DNA from: Octopus sinensis
Taxonomy: Eukaryota
Assembly (NCBI RefSeq): GCF_006345805.1
Contig: NC_043014.1
Span: forward strand, 20,088,001-20,152,000
Direction: 5' to 3'
Length of the DNA: 64,000 nucleotides
The position numbers were made by a program, and so were the translations under genes. Under the pieces are notes generated by a model that ran no database searches, was not told the origin of the DNA, and saw only the letters and a program-made list of their open reading frames with translations. Every line of letters begins with the position of its first letter. Within the stretch, counting starts at the first letter, position 1. Below are positions 38,867 through 51,720 of the stretch, one piece after another.

Positions 38867-39809
38867 TTAATAAAAATACATACACATGTATATCATTATT
38901 AATATAATGTATAAATTGCCTATAAGTTGTTATAGCATGCTGACTACCTGATAAAAACCATTAACGTGATTTTTATCCTTACATTCTATATATATATATG
39001 GGAATAATAGAAATAGTTGAAGTGCACTAAGAATATTTTAACTTTTTTCAGGAATGGGTTCTCGGTAGATTGTCATTTTAGAAATGAGATTCATAATTGG
39101 AGAACCAAAGAGCACATCCCTCCGACCGTTGAAGAGATTTTAATTTCTCACATTTTTCTCTCCAAACTTTTATATTGTTTTCTCGGCCTTCCGAAGTTTT
39201 TGAAATTTCTGTTAGCATTTGTGCATCAGTCGTTTAAAATTTTTCTCCGTTGGAATTTGTTCTTTGCCGTAATAGCTGGGCTTCCATTTTGAATTTGTCG
39301 AGAATCATGTTTTCTCTAAGATTTTGTTGTTTTTCGGGTTCATTAGCGATAGTTTGTATGTGTACAGGGGGCGTTCTCCTCGTGTATATATATATATATA
39401 TGTACACACACACATATATATGTGCGCGTGTGTGTGTGTGTATACATACATACAAACATAAATACATACATATACGTTAAATAGGAATACAAATGGGTTA
39501 AAGGCTCAAAATAGTCTAATTGTCTCTTCTGCATTGGAATATGATTTGTTTATAGGGCCTACCATATACATATTCGGATAATTCCATTATTTCCATGAAC
39601 CTGCATTGAAATTTCTTTAAATTATTGCTGTAGACATATAAATATATATTGTTGATAGCTATATGTTCTTGTTTGTAATAAGTGTATGCTATAAATGTAT
39701 GTAACTGTGTATATTTATGATTCAAATTGATACAAAAAAACAAAACAGAGAGACTCGTGAGTGAACAAGGAACAAGATATACTATTTTGACGCTCAGGAA
39801 AAATAGAAG

Positions 39810-39847
39810 TCTTTGACGTTTCGAGCCTGCGCTCTCCTACAGAAAGA
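39810..39847 (-). ncRNA. Variant minimal hammerhead-like motif (copy B)
   Basis: TCTTT-CTGTAGGA-GAGC gcag GCTC-GAA-ACGT-C-AAAGA. Confidence 0.4.
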
Positions 39848-40268
39848 AGAGAGGGGAAAAACAGATGGTAAGAGGAACAGAAACATACGCAGGTGCGCTC
39901 GCGCAGGTGTGGACTGACCTTTTAGTTGTATGTATAAACAATAAATGAAATGAATTGGTATTTATCTTTTACCACTAAAGTACACAGATTTGCACACACA
40001 CACACACACACACGCACAGTCACTCATGCACACTTTTTCTTTCCTCGTTCTCGGGAATTAGTGTTCGTGCGATGATGAGTCTAAATAGTTGGAGGATTGA
40101 GTGTGCCATGTGCTTCATGTAAGAGACGAGGGTTTCAGTCACAACAGAAGCTTGCAAATTAGAACCATTTCATGAGCAACCGCTCGTGAATGGCCATAAA
40201 ATGAGTGAAAATCCTACATTTTCATCTTGTTTAGGACCGTCTCCTAAAGTATATATATACATATATAT

Positions 40269-40301
<33 letters not shown>

Positions 40302-40339
40302 ATTGTATTCGCCATAGACTTAGAGACTTAGTAATTTCA

Positions 40340-40407
<68 letters not shown>

Positions 40408-40614
40408 TACATATATATATACATATCTGTTACAATCTATCATATTTACCTATTTTTATTTCCCTTGCCTGAGTCCATTTCTTCTGCTAATATATGTATT
40501 ACGCACAATGATATAGAATCTAAGACTTCTTATTACGTTACTGTGGTTCTTCCATATTGCCTCGAGATACACAAATGTAGCATTACGCAGAGCGCGATAT
40601 AAATGTACGTTGTA

Positions 40615-40694
40615 TATGTATGTATGTATGTATGTATGTGTGTATGTATGTATGTATGTATGTATGTATGTATGTATGTACGTACGTATGTATG

Positions 40695-40728
<34 letters not shown>

Positions 40729-40735
40729 TGTATGC
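40615..40735 (+). repeat. (GTAT)n microsatellite
   Basis: Direct reading. Confidence 0.95.
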
Positions 40736-40887
40736 ATGTTTGTAAATGTGGGCATGTACGAATGTATGTGTCATTATTGTTTGTGTGTATGTGTATACGC
40801 ATACGTATATAATATCATAGAATGTGTGTCTGTGTATGTGTGTGTTTATGTGTATATTGGTGTGCATGTTTCTTTGTTCGTGTGTGA

Positions 40888-41125
40888 AGGCGCATGGCTT
40901 AGTGGTTAGAGCGTCGGGTGCACGGTCGTGAAGCATTGAATCCGATTCCCGGACTGGATTCTGCATTGTGTTCTTGAGCAAGACACTTTATTTCAGGTTA
41001 TTCCAGTTCACTCAATTGTAGAAATGAGTTGCAACGTCACAGGTATGAAACCGATCGGCCTTTGCCTATCTTTGAATAAAATCATTGGCTCGGAGAGGAG
41101 AGACTGGTATTCTATAAACAACAAT
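40888..41125 (+). mobile_element. tRNA-derived SINE (family 2)
   Basis: GGCGCATGGCTTAGTGGTTAGAGCG head; TTGTGTTCTTGAGCAAGACACTTTATTTCA. Confidence 0.75.
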
Positions 41126-41268
41126 GCTTTATAATGTATGACCGAAGGTTTTTTTTTACCCGTATATATATACATATACGTACATATACATACATACACA
41201 CATACACAAACACACACACACACTCACATACACACACACTCACATACACACACACACACAACATATAC

Positions 41269-41300
<32 letters not shown>

Positions 41301-41487
41301 ATAATAGAAAGAAGTGGACGAGCTCTATACTGTACTCTGTTACGTTCTTTACAGAATATAACTATGTGTGTGTGTGTGTGTGTGTGTGCTATACGGAAAC
41401 ATCTGTGTATGCAACGTATAGAGACTAATCAAAGACATCCTATATGCACATATGTATGTATATATATATATATATATATATACATAT

Positions 41488-41542
<55 letters not shown>

Positions 41543-41547
<5 letters not shown>

Positions 41548-42088
41548 CATCTCATTAAATTTATCCAGCTTTTGTGTATCTAGTACACACTTCGCCTTTT
41601 AATGTACTTATATATGAATAATATATGGCGTGTCCTAGATCACCGGCGATAATAATTAATTTTATTGTATCGCATTTGACTTTGTTTACATATTTTCTCG
41701 ATAAATTTTTGAGCGTTAGACGATATACCAGAAAACCCTATTTTGTCGGGTACGTTCTGAGTCTGTGCAGTGATTTGAATAGTTTATAAAGAGCAATTTA
41801 ATAGACGCATGTGCCTCTATTAATGTGCGCTTCCCATAATAACAGGAATCTTACTGAAGAGCCTACCTGAGTAAATAAATATTATTTTTATTGCTGAAAT
41901 AGGCGAAACTGCAGTCTAAGAAGAACTAAGTTTGTAAAAGTTTTCAATTTTCATCTCATTAAATTTATCCAGTTTTGTGTATCTAGCACACACTTCGCCT
42001 TTTAATGTAACTTAATATGATATAATATATGGCGTGTCCTAGACACCGGCGATAATAATTAATTTTATTGTATCGCATTTGACTTTGT
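41543..42088 (+). mobile_element. 404-bp unit present 1.35 times (terminal ~142-bp direct repeats) in (TA)n; retrozyme-like
   Basis: 41543-41685 is repeated at 41947-42088; (TA)n on both sides; one complete HHR just before the second repeat. Confidence 0.8.
41849..41921 (+). ncRNA. Type I hammerhead ribozyme with extended stem II
   Basis: Stem I TCTTA/TAAGA; CTGAAGA 41854-41860; stem II GCCTA/TAGGC enclosing a 34-nt AT-rich hairpin; GAA; palindromic stem III ACTGCAGT; predicted GUC cleavage after 41916. Confidence 0.85.
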
Positions 42089-42234
42089 ATATATATATAT
42101 ATATATATTATATATACTATATATGCATACAGACACCTAGGAACAGATGTAAAGTGTATACGTATACATTCCCTATGATAGATCGTTAGCCACTACACCA
42201 TTCTTTATTTTCTCTCCTTCTTTCTTTCTGTGTT

Positions 42235-42272
42235 CCTTTCTGTGGAAGAGCATAGGCTCGAAACGTTAAAGA
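42235..42272 (+). ncRNA. Variant minimal hammerhead-like motif (copy C)
   Basis: CCTTT-CTGTGGAA-GAGC atag GCTC-GAA-ACGT-T-AAAGA. Confidence 0.4.
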
Positions 42273-42371
42273 CTTTTTCACTTCCCGAGCGTTATACTAA
42301 TACATCTGTTTGTTGTCTGCACCACCTGTCTACGTGGTTTTTTTTGTGAATTCTTCTTATATATGTATATA

Positions 42372-42416
<45 letters not shown>

Positions 42417-43410
42417 GGCGGTTCTCCGGCATGGCAGCAGTCACATGACTGAAACAAGTAAAAGAGTATATTATATATATATGTATATATATACATGCAT
42501 GGAAGTGACTTTTTGCAATGCTTGTTCTTATGAATGTATATCAATCCATACATCTCACATTTCCCTGCTACGATTTCAATGTATACTTACATATCTATAT
42601 GAATGTATCAGTGTATGCTATGTACTAATCATCCGTATTAATTTTAACCTATAAGAATATTTTATTTCTATTGAGAATCTCATAAATACCACATTCATTA
42701 AAAATATCGTGCAGTGTTTTTATTTCCATAGATGCTTTTTCTACACAATTGCTTTCTTTCAACACAGAATCCTTTCATTTCTTTCTTTCAAAATATTTCC
42801 TGTAAGTATACTTTGAGAATCTCTGGTATAATTAACTGCGTTTTATGTCAAATGTGCTAAACGCTGCTATAAATGGACACATGTGTGCTAGTATAGCTTA
42901 CAAATTCGCTACAAAATCCGTTGTTCTCGGTTCTGTTTCACTGCTTGATAACTTCACCTTTTTTTTTGGTCAACTGATACGTTGCGAGTCGGACTTTTGT
43001 AGAGTGAAAATCTTTATGTTGATCAGTGCACCTATATGTACATAGAGTTACACAGATTCACACACACACAACCACACACACCCACACACACACATACACA
43101 CAAACACACAAGAACATACACACGTAAAATCACATTTATTCATATGCAGCTGTAAATTTTTATAGATATTAATATATACATATGTGCATTTGAGCAGATA
43201 GATAAACATATATAAATTACATAACTGCAGATATATCCTATAACACAAGTATTTATAGCAATATTTGAGGTTAAATGAGTTTATACGAGTATTGAAACAA
43301 ATTATTCAAATTATTGCACAATGGCACACGAAGTAAAAAAGAAATTAAATAGAAATAACATTTCAATGATTAAATGTTTAACCAATAAATGGAAAATATA
43401 TAAAAGCATT

Positions 43411-43680
43411 GTGGAGGCACATAGCATAGTGGTTAGTGCAGCGGACTCGCCGTCGGGGGATCGCGGGTTCGAATCTCAGACCGGTTGATGTGTTTGCTTA
43501 GAAGGTAAAGGCGAACTTCCGCTGACTCTTTCGCAACAACTTTCTCTCAATCTTTCTTCCTGCATCTAGCAGCTCACCTGCGACGGACCGGCGTCCCGTC
43601 CAGGTGCGTCCAGGTGGAGAACCTGTACGCCAAGGAAACTGGGAAACCGAGCATGGCTCGAGAAAGAAGAAATAACAACG
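43411..43680 (+). mobile_element. tRNA-derived SINE with a V-domain-like central region
   Basis: Box A TAGCATAGTGGT and box B GGTTCGAATCTC; central CCTGCGACGGACCGGCGTCCCGTCCAGG resembles the V-SINE domain as I recall it. Confidence 0.6.
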
Positions 43681-44890
43681 TATAAAAGCATATATAATAA
43701 TGACAAATATGAATCTTAGCCTTGTAAGATTGCATATTACCATATCTCCAATATATTGTATGATATTTATCAGACGAAAAATCTTGTGATTACATTTGGT
43801 TATCACCTTATTTCATTTATTCAGATGTTGTGTCTTGCAAGCTAAAAAATGTATTGCTTTCCTGCGACTTAATCGACATGTGCTTAGTTTTTTTGTCTAT
43901 GAATAAACAAATTTCACAATACTCTGTTGTAAGCCTTAATCACTGCTTACACGTTTGCCATGTCCCACTTATTTGGCTAATGAAGATGAGTGCGCCAATT
44001 TTCGTCTTTTCAAGAATTGAACATCTGCCGACAAGCGTTTCTAGATATGTTGGATGTAGATATGTATGCCTTATGAAATGTACGTGTAATTATACTACAT
44101 TTGTTATCTATACATTTAATAATTTCAGTTCAACGAACAAGAACTGCTTTCCCTACAGTGAAAATTTGTTTTTAAGTTTCTTATTAGTTGTTCTAGTATA
44201 CTTCATAATTACTTGGTCATTATTCAAATTATGCCTAATGGAGGAGTTTAAGTATCCATCCCCTCCAAAGGGGTTTGTCTAAAATCATTCTACTTTGAGA
44301 GTCGTTAATTAAATGGCCACCACCATTAAAGTTAAGGACGAAGTGCCGCACAACGGTTCTGGGGCTACTTAAGGATTTAGTGGATTGATGGTATTGGTAA
44401 TTGGTATTTAATTCTATATCCGGCAGAGTGTAACGTTGACTTTCGGCTAGTTCAATTTATTAGACCCAAAGAGCAGTGAATAAATGTTAGTTCATCATAA
44501 TCTTACTGTAGTACGACCTCGAGCAGTCTTTGCTTAGTTTGTGAGAGGATAAAACTTTACAGATGTTATAAGTTCTATTATTATCGCTCTCTAGCTATCC
44601 AAACATTTTTAGAGGAAACAAACATTGAAAACCTACTAATGATCATAATTTGAGTAATGATAAGCCGGTTCCTAATTTTTTGAAAACAACTAATAACAGA
44701 CTTAAAATGTGTAAACTACATATAACAATGTTTACCAGCTAAACGGCAATTGCTTCGTCCCAAATATTGTTTGTATATATACGTATATGGGTATAGATAT
44801 GAGCAAACTGGAACATTATATATAATCGTATAAATATATAATTGCCATTGTATTGTACACATATTTCAGTGCCTGTACCTATATGTATGC

Positions 44891-44971
<81 letters not shown>

Positions 44972-46343
44972 TGCATGTTTATTTTATCGATCTGCGTCTG
45001 TATAAATTCGGGCATTTATCTTTGGGCATCTTGGTGATACCACCATTGCCCATGATAACAGCGATGTGCGCAGTCTTTTGTCTGCGAATTATATCTATGA
45101 TTTCTTGAATTATGGTACTGTAAGGAGGAAATTATTACTTCATTTCTAAGCCCCAGTTGAATTAGAAAGATCGCGCATCTGTGAAAGTAATTTTATATAT
45201 AAATGATCCTAGAATACATTCGTTGATGCAGCGGGGCAATCATTAGAAATGAGGGATGTTTTGTGACATTACGGTCTACTTTGATGCATTTAGTTTTTAG
45301 ACGTGTAAGGATCGTTTCTGCAGAAAGTATGGAGGGGATTTTGTGTCCTGATGTCTTTATTTACTTCTCTCTCTCTCTCTTTCTTGCTCCCTCTCTCTCG
45401 CGCTCGCTCCTTCTCTCTCTCGTCTTCTCTCTCTCTCTCTTTCTTGCTCTCTCTCGCGCTCGCTCCCTCTCTCTCGTCTCTTTCTATCTCTACCCCTTTC
45501 CCTACTATCTCTATCTCATACACACAAACACAGACAAGCACATACATACATACATACATACATACATACATACATACATACATACATACATACATACATA
45601 CAGACAGACAGACAGACAGATAGACAGACACAAAACTTAAAATTGAAATACATTTGCAAGGACAGCATAAGGTAGGAGATCTTGACAAGATCATCTACAG
45701 GAATTGAAACACACGTACACATGTTTATGTGCTTTTATATATATGTGTGTGTGTGTGTAACTATGTATATATGTGTGCGTGAATGTATCCATGCGTATAT
45801 GTATGCATATTTACGCGTAATCAATACATGAGACATACATCATCAGGAAAATATACCGAACGCATTAACTCCTTAACGTTAATCTGATGACATAGCCACC
45901 ATTAAACATGGTATTTCAAAGATATCACCGCGAAATTCTATTCCTTAAAACGAAAATTCTCTCCTGAAAAAATATTTAACCCAAACCTTCAATATGGCTT
46001 CCTGCTTTTGAAATAGTTATTTGTCAACTCTCTCTGGCATCCTGAAATTTGTACACTTCTCTTTCGTTTTGTCTTCTTTGTGTTTCTTGTGTATAATATC
46101 TTATCCTTTAAAGCCTTCCAAAGAGGATTCTCAATTCTGACAAGAACTAACAATAAGGAGGACAAACGATTGATGAAGAGGACGTGGAGTAGCAGTAAGA
46201 GAAGGACAAGGACAAGTTATTTTTCAATGTTGTAGTAGATGGGGAAATACCTAGGCAGATGCATGAATCTTGCATATGCATACAGAGTGCAGCATCTGTA
46301 AAGTATTTCTACGATTCCACTTCTCTTCTGAATAATAACAATG

Positions 46344-46406
<63 letters not shown>

Positions 46407-46409
<3 letters not shown>

Positions 46410-46713
46410 GCCCTGATGCAATACCAGGCAGTGGCCCTCATATCTTCTGATCTTAACTGATTGGAAGTGTTATCATGTACATTGTTTTGTCTTGGTATAA
46501 AAGATGGGCTACAGCAAATATTCTGCTCAATACCACAGACTTGCTTGTCAGTTTCTTGACCTTAACCAGTTGAGCATGTCCCTTAGTGACTGACGATATG
46601 TGCATCTCTTATCACGAGCAGAAGTAGTGAGGGAGCATCATAGCCATGTGTTGAGAGGGATTCTTTGGGGTTTGAATAATTCACCTATGGAAACATGCAC
46701 TGCTCTCTCACTC
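46407..46713 (+). mobile_element. Internally deleted copy of the ~520-bp microsatellite-flanked repeat
   Basis: Same start as 6192; jumps to the 3' end CATGCACTGCTCTCTCACTC; (AAT)n on both sides. Confidence 0.7.
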
Positions 46714-46728
46714 AATAATAATAATAAT

Positions 46729-47176
46729 GTTTTGGTATGTAAGGTGGAGACAGCAAAAAAGCTGCTCAATACCGCAGATTTGCTTGTCAGTTGTTTGACC
46801 ATAACCATTTGAGCATGTCCTTTGGTGGTTGACGACATGTGCATCTCTGATCATGAGCGGTAGTAGTGGGAAAACATCATAGCCATGTGCTGAGAATAAT
46901 TCTTTTGCGGTTTGGATAATTCACCTCTGGAAACGTGGTTGTTTCGTTCAACATCCTTAAACAAGCTTTATTTTGGGACCTTTTGAGTGGATGGGCTACT
47001 CGACCTGAAGAAAATTCTAACTGGCCCCACCTGTAAGATCATGTGATATTCATCTTGATATAGTATCACCATGTCGCACACACATGGTTGTGATGTGTAT
47101 GCCTAGTACACGCATCATGACTATCCTTATCAGACGGGTAGTTATGATGGGTACACTGGGCTTTGTATATTTTACA
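46729..47176 (+). mobile_element. 5'-shortened copy of the ~520-bp repeat
   Basis: Matches 6290-6690; abuts the R4/Dong 3' fragment. Confidence 0.65.
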
Positions 47177-47179
47177 CCC

Positions 47180-47446
47180 AAAACAGAAACAATTCCTATC
47201 ATAGTAGTCGCATTACGTCATTAGGTATGATAAAAACATTCAGGCAAATACTTAACAAAAACACCAGAATTTATTACTATATATAACATACAGAATATAG
47301 CACTACTCGGCACCGCACACATCCTACGTCAAGCACATTCAATACAGTGAAAATAAGATCACCACAACAAAACTCAGCACGTTTCCAAGGCACGCAGAGC
47401 TGCGCTCAGTAGTGCAGTGAAAGCACATGATAAAAATAAGGCTACT
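47180..47446 (+). mobile_element. 3' end fragment of the R4/Dong-like LINE with an (AAG)n tail
   Basis: Similar to 55595-55846 (IQNIALLGTAHILR; CCAAGGCAC.CAGAGCTGCGCTC.GTAGTG.AGTGAA). Confidence 0.8.
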
Positions 47447-47493
47447 GAAGAAGAAGAAGAAGAAGAAGAAGAAGAAGAGAAGAGAAGAAGAAG

Positions 47494-47524
<31 letters not shown>

Positions 47525-49199
47525 GGATCGGCGAAGAAAAGCCTTCCGAAATAATACTTTGACACAATTGGAACTTTTCCCAGCATTATAATATCGCAAA
47601 AGACTACACTTTTGTTAACAGAAAATACCCTGCGAATAGAACTGTCTATGGCTACCACACAAAATTCGTTATTGCTGCGTGTGAAATATGCACCAGTCAT
47701 GTACTGTGCCCATCAAATCCGCTATAAGACACCCATTTAAAGTTATATGGATTATGTTTAGCTGAGTGTTGGAAGATACCTTGTGATATTTTACTTTTAA
47801 ATTGTTTTGTTTACAACATATTTTAATGTAGCTTTCCTAATTATAAACTTTGTAAGCTTTATTAACAAGTAAAGGGGTAGTAAAAATAGAATCTTAAGAA
47901 AAAAGATATGATCCGAATACACAAAATCGAAATTTGAAACAACTCACTTGAAAAGCAGAGTAAGAGAGAAACTAGCAATAAACATAAATGTAACATCGAT
48001 GACAGCAACAAGAGTGCACAGAAGCACTCGGCTAAGAAAAAAGAGCAACGGAACATTTCATTAATTTTTCGTTTAGCCATATTACCAATACTATTTACAT
48101 ATTGAACATGAATGATGCTCCGAGAAAAGTTCGAGTGACAAAGTGTTATGAACATACAGGGTGCATTTTTGCAAGAGTCGATCATCTATGTGAGATGAAG
48201 AAGGTTTCTAATATATTTATAGCTAATAGCGGACATGTTTTCTGCATGCCATCAAAAGAAAAATTCCAAGTAACCCCGGCGGACATATGTAGTGATATCA
48301 GTTCAATCGGTCAACTAGATATTAGATAAATAATGTCTAGTTAAATACCCAGTTCAAGCGTCGTGAGCAATCTATCATGATTGTTTTAGCTCAGTAGGAG
48401 CTGGTAGTGAGTGACGAAGTAACTAGGAGAGTTATAGGGGTTAGGAAGTATCTCAATGGCTACGCAAGTCTTAATAAATTCTGAAGCTTACTATTTCACT
48501 TATGAGCTCCGTTCCGCAGTGGTGCAATATAAAAGGCCATAGGGATAGTATTGCAAGATGGCGAGCAATCTATGTGTTATATTAAGAGAACCGTTACACC
48601 GTCAGAATAACTGACTGACAGTCTATCGTCAAGTTCTTTTCGAACTGGGTGAAGTTTTCTTGTCATCCTTTTCTGCGATTATAACAAAATGGCACCCATA
48701 CCTACCGAATGCCTGGGCTTCAGTCTTCTCCGTATCATAAGCAAAACCAATAGGTCTGAATGAGCTGATGGACAACAAAGAGAGTACGAAGTTGATTGAG
48801 GAAGCAATAAGGAGAGCTTATCAAAGCATGGAAATAATAGACTACATCCCTAAGTAAAACTGTAAACCGCAAAGAAGTCACTCCACGGACGATGTAACAG
48901 GCGTTTACTGTTACCACTGAGTTGTTGATTTCAGCAAACTTTCTATACAGAAGGCGAAGGAAGCGGATAAACATGAGGCATGTTCCTCTGATCGTACCGC
49001 GGAGGTGGATCCTAAACTCTATATGACTGGCTTCCTTTTATTGGTATTTGTTTTGTGTATTAAAATTTTAAACCTGTCACAATATTTTGTATGTCGTTTT
49101 TCTTTTCATTCTGCTTATTTATATATCCCACATGCTTCGTAAACTCCATTTGTGTGATGTTTCGCTGTGTATGTGTGGATTCTTCAAGATCATGAAAAG

Positions 49200-49380
49200 A
49201 GTATCATCAACATCACTATAATAATATAAATCATTATTATATTTATTATTGTTATCATTATTACTATTATTATTATTTTTATTATTGTTGTTATTATTAT
49301 TATCATCATAATTATAATTATTATTATCATTATTATCATTATTATTATAATTATTATCATTATTGTTATTATCATTATTA
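49200..49380 (+). repeat. Degenerate (ATT/ATC)n tract
   Basis: Direct reading. Confidence 0.85.
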
Positions 49381-50258
49381 TAGCTTAATCTTTTAATTGT
49401 TCAAAGTTAATAACTATACCATCATTATTCTGAATAATCTTTACTGAAACTATTTCCTTTTTCTATTTCATGTTTTGAAATTTCTATATTTTGCTCTCTA
49501 TTTTTCTTCTTTTTTTTTCTCCGGGTAAATTGATAGAATGTAACATAATATAAAATGTCCATTACCATATAAATTTGGTTTTCTTTATCGTATGAGCTTT
49601 TTGTTGAAATTTTTCTTCAAGGATTTTTTTTCTTTTTTGTTTTTTTTTTTGTTTTTGTCTTATAGTATTTTATAAATCACATATCAAATGTGCTGTGAAC
49701 GGTCATGTTTCACACAACTCCGCTCAGAAGATATTTCCTTTCAGAATTACATGACGATAAAATGTATTTTATTTTTCTTCTTCTTTCTACCAATAAATGG
49801 CAGCAGAATATCTGAACGTCCCCCCATTACTTTTGGATAGAAAATAATGTCTGTTCTTATGTATTTTTTCATTGTTTATCCATATTTTATTTGTGATTCG
49901 ATATAGCCGCCTCTGAGATTAGGAGACGAAGTGCTGGCCACAACGATGGTTGCAACAAATATGCCCTCCTACCAAATAAAACAAATTATTATAAAGAGAA
50001 ACTGTAAAAATCACAAAGTAACAGATTGAATTATAAATACAGTCATAATATGACATGCTAAAATGCTAACGGGAATTACAATAACAAGATACTGTTTTTC
50101 TAGTATTGTAAACGTAAACAGGGTTCTTGATATTTGTCAACTCTGGGTAAAGAAAGAAGCATGAAAGTAGCATTTCACAAAATAGTGAGTTGTTATCCGA
50201 ATATTTTATCCAGTGCTTGAGAAACAAAATTACATATTATTGCTTTTCAAAAATTCAG

Positions 50259-50387
50259 AGGGGTTTCATTATGACCCCGAGAGAGAAATTGAAGTTGGCC
50301 ATGAGCGGAGTCTGGCAGAGTGTGTACTTCATCGACCAAAGTAGCATACACGAAATGACGTACCTGTTCTTTAAGTCAGTTAACCAG
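50259..50387 (+). CDS. Candidate internal coding exon of an unidentified host gene (43 codons, phase 0)
   Basis: Acceptor TTGCTTTTCAAAAATTCAG|, donor CAG|GTGAGG, 129 nt open, higher GC than the flanks, not repetitive: RGFIMTPREKLKLAMSGVWQSVYFIDQSSIHEMTYLFFKSVNQ. Protein not recognised. Confidence 0.45.
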
Positions 50388-51648
50388 GTGAGGAGCAGAG
50401 AGTCGGTATGTCACATGACTGCTCAGAGAATTGTGACACAGCATTGATCTCTAAAATACGGTTAAAGTTACTGCGCCTGCATTAGCATAAAAAATATGTT
50501 GGCCACCAGAGAACACAAGACTATACTTGAGATCAGTAACACTAATGGAGCAGATATTAAGGATCAGCTACGCCAGTAGTTGCTAAGGACACTTTGGGGT
50601 CTTCTTTCTGTCAATATATACAATCAATAAGTAAGGCAATGACAACGGCAGACATTCACAGAAAAGACTAGATGTACTGCTATTAATGTTTCCAAAGCAA
50701 CACCACTAGCAGGTTTGAGTACAATAAGAGTGATATCAAATATGTGTCAATCTAAGTGCCACTATGATTAGGTGGGTGACTGACGACGAGAAATAATAAT
50801 GAGTAAATGAGCAATCCATTACCAGCAAAGGGTCAGGCGAAGATAATGAATAACAGACCTCTCGTTGTTCCATTTTTCAGTAATGGTGCTTGGAAAATGA
50901 AGGGAAATCACGAAGGACAGTAATAAATACCCGCGGGTTATTGCAGGTGTTTTCGGAAAAATCAGGTTGAAGACTTCGGAATAGAAAATACTCTGATTTA
51001 TAGGATTGTCCAATTATATGTATCGAAAGAATTTCAGTCCTTTGTCGGTGCTGTGTAGTAAATTTCTAACCTGTGTTAATATGTTGCATTTAGCTTTTAT
51101 TATCTACGCGTTTATTATCAATATGAACGCTCCTAAATATATTATAATCCTTTTATGTGACACGCTTTGCATTGTATATACGGGTCTTTGTGACGAAAGA
51201 ACGGCTCTTTATTAAATCTATTTCAAAAAAGGAGAAACAACAGCACCATGACCACAGTAATAGCAGAAGGACAACTGGAAGTTAATGAATTCCAACTAAA
51301 ATTACAGAAACCTCACAACACAAGAGGCGGAAATAATTTTATTCCATTCAGGGCCATAAACACACACTCTCCAAAGAATCGGTTTGCCATCAGTTGAAAC
51401 AAAGTAGATAGTTAAGTTTTTGATAATCAATTTATAGCAATTAAAAAGAGGTTTTCAACGTAGAATATCGTGCAGTTTAAAAATAGAATGAAAGTAGGGG
51501 CAACGAGTGAAAAATTACAAGCCACTGAATCTATCTGCGGCAAATATCGGCTACACTAGAATCGCTTTGTCGAACTACATGTTCTCCTATCGTCACCAGT
51601 AAATGAAATCACCTTCATTATCATTATGATCTACAACACTACAATGAG

Positions 51649-51688
<40 letters not shown>

Positions 51689-51720
51689 GTTGTTGTTGTT
51701 CTACTATTGCCATTATTATT

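Noticed and set aside
43411-43490. tRNA genes at SINE heads (also 40888, 11858, 63768)
   Set aside because: Box A/B are present, but no complete cloverleaf or acceptor stem, and each continues into a SINE body.
46407-46480. HDV-like ribozyme at the 5' end of the ~520-bp repeat
   Set aside because: Manual folding gave partial P1/P2 pairing but no room for P3/L3 and no P1.1; unsupported without a covariance model.
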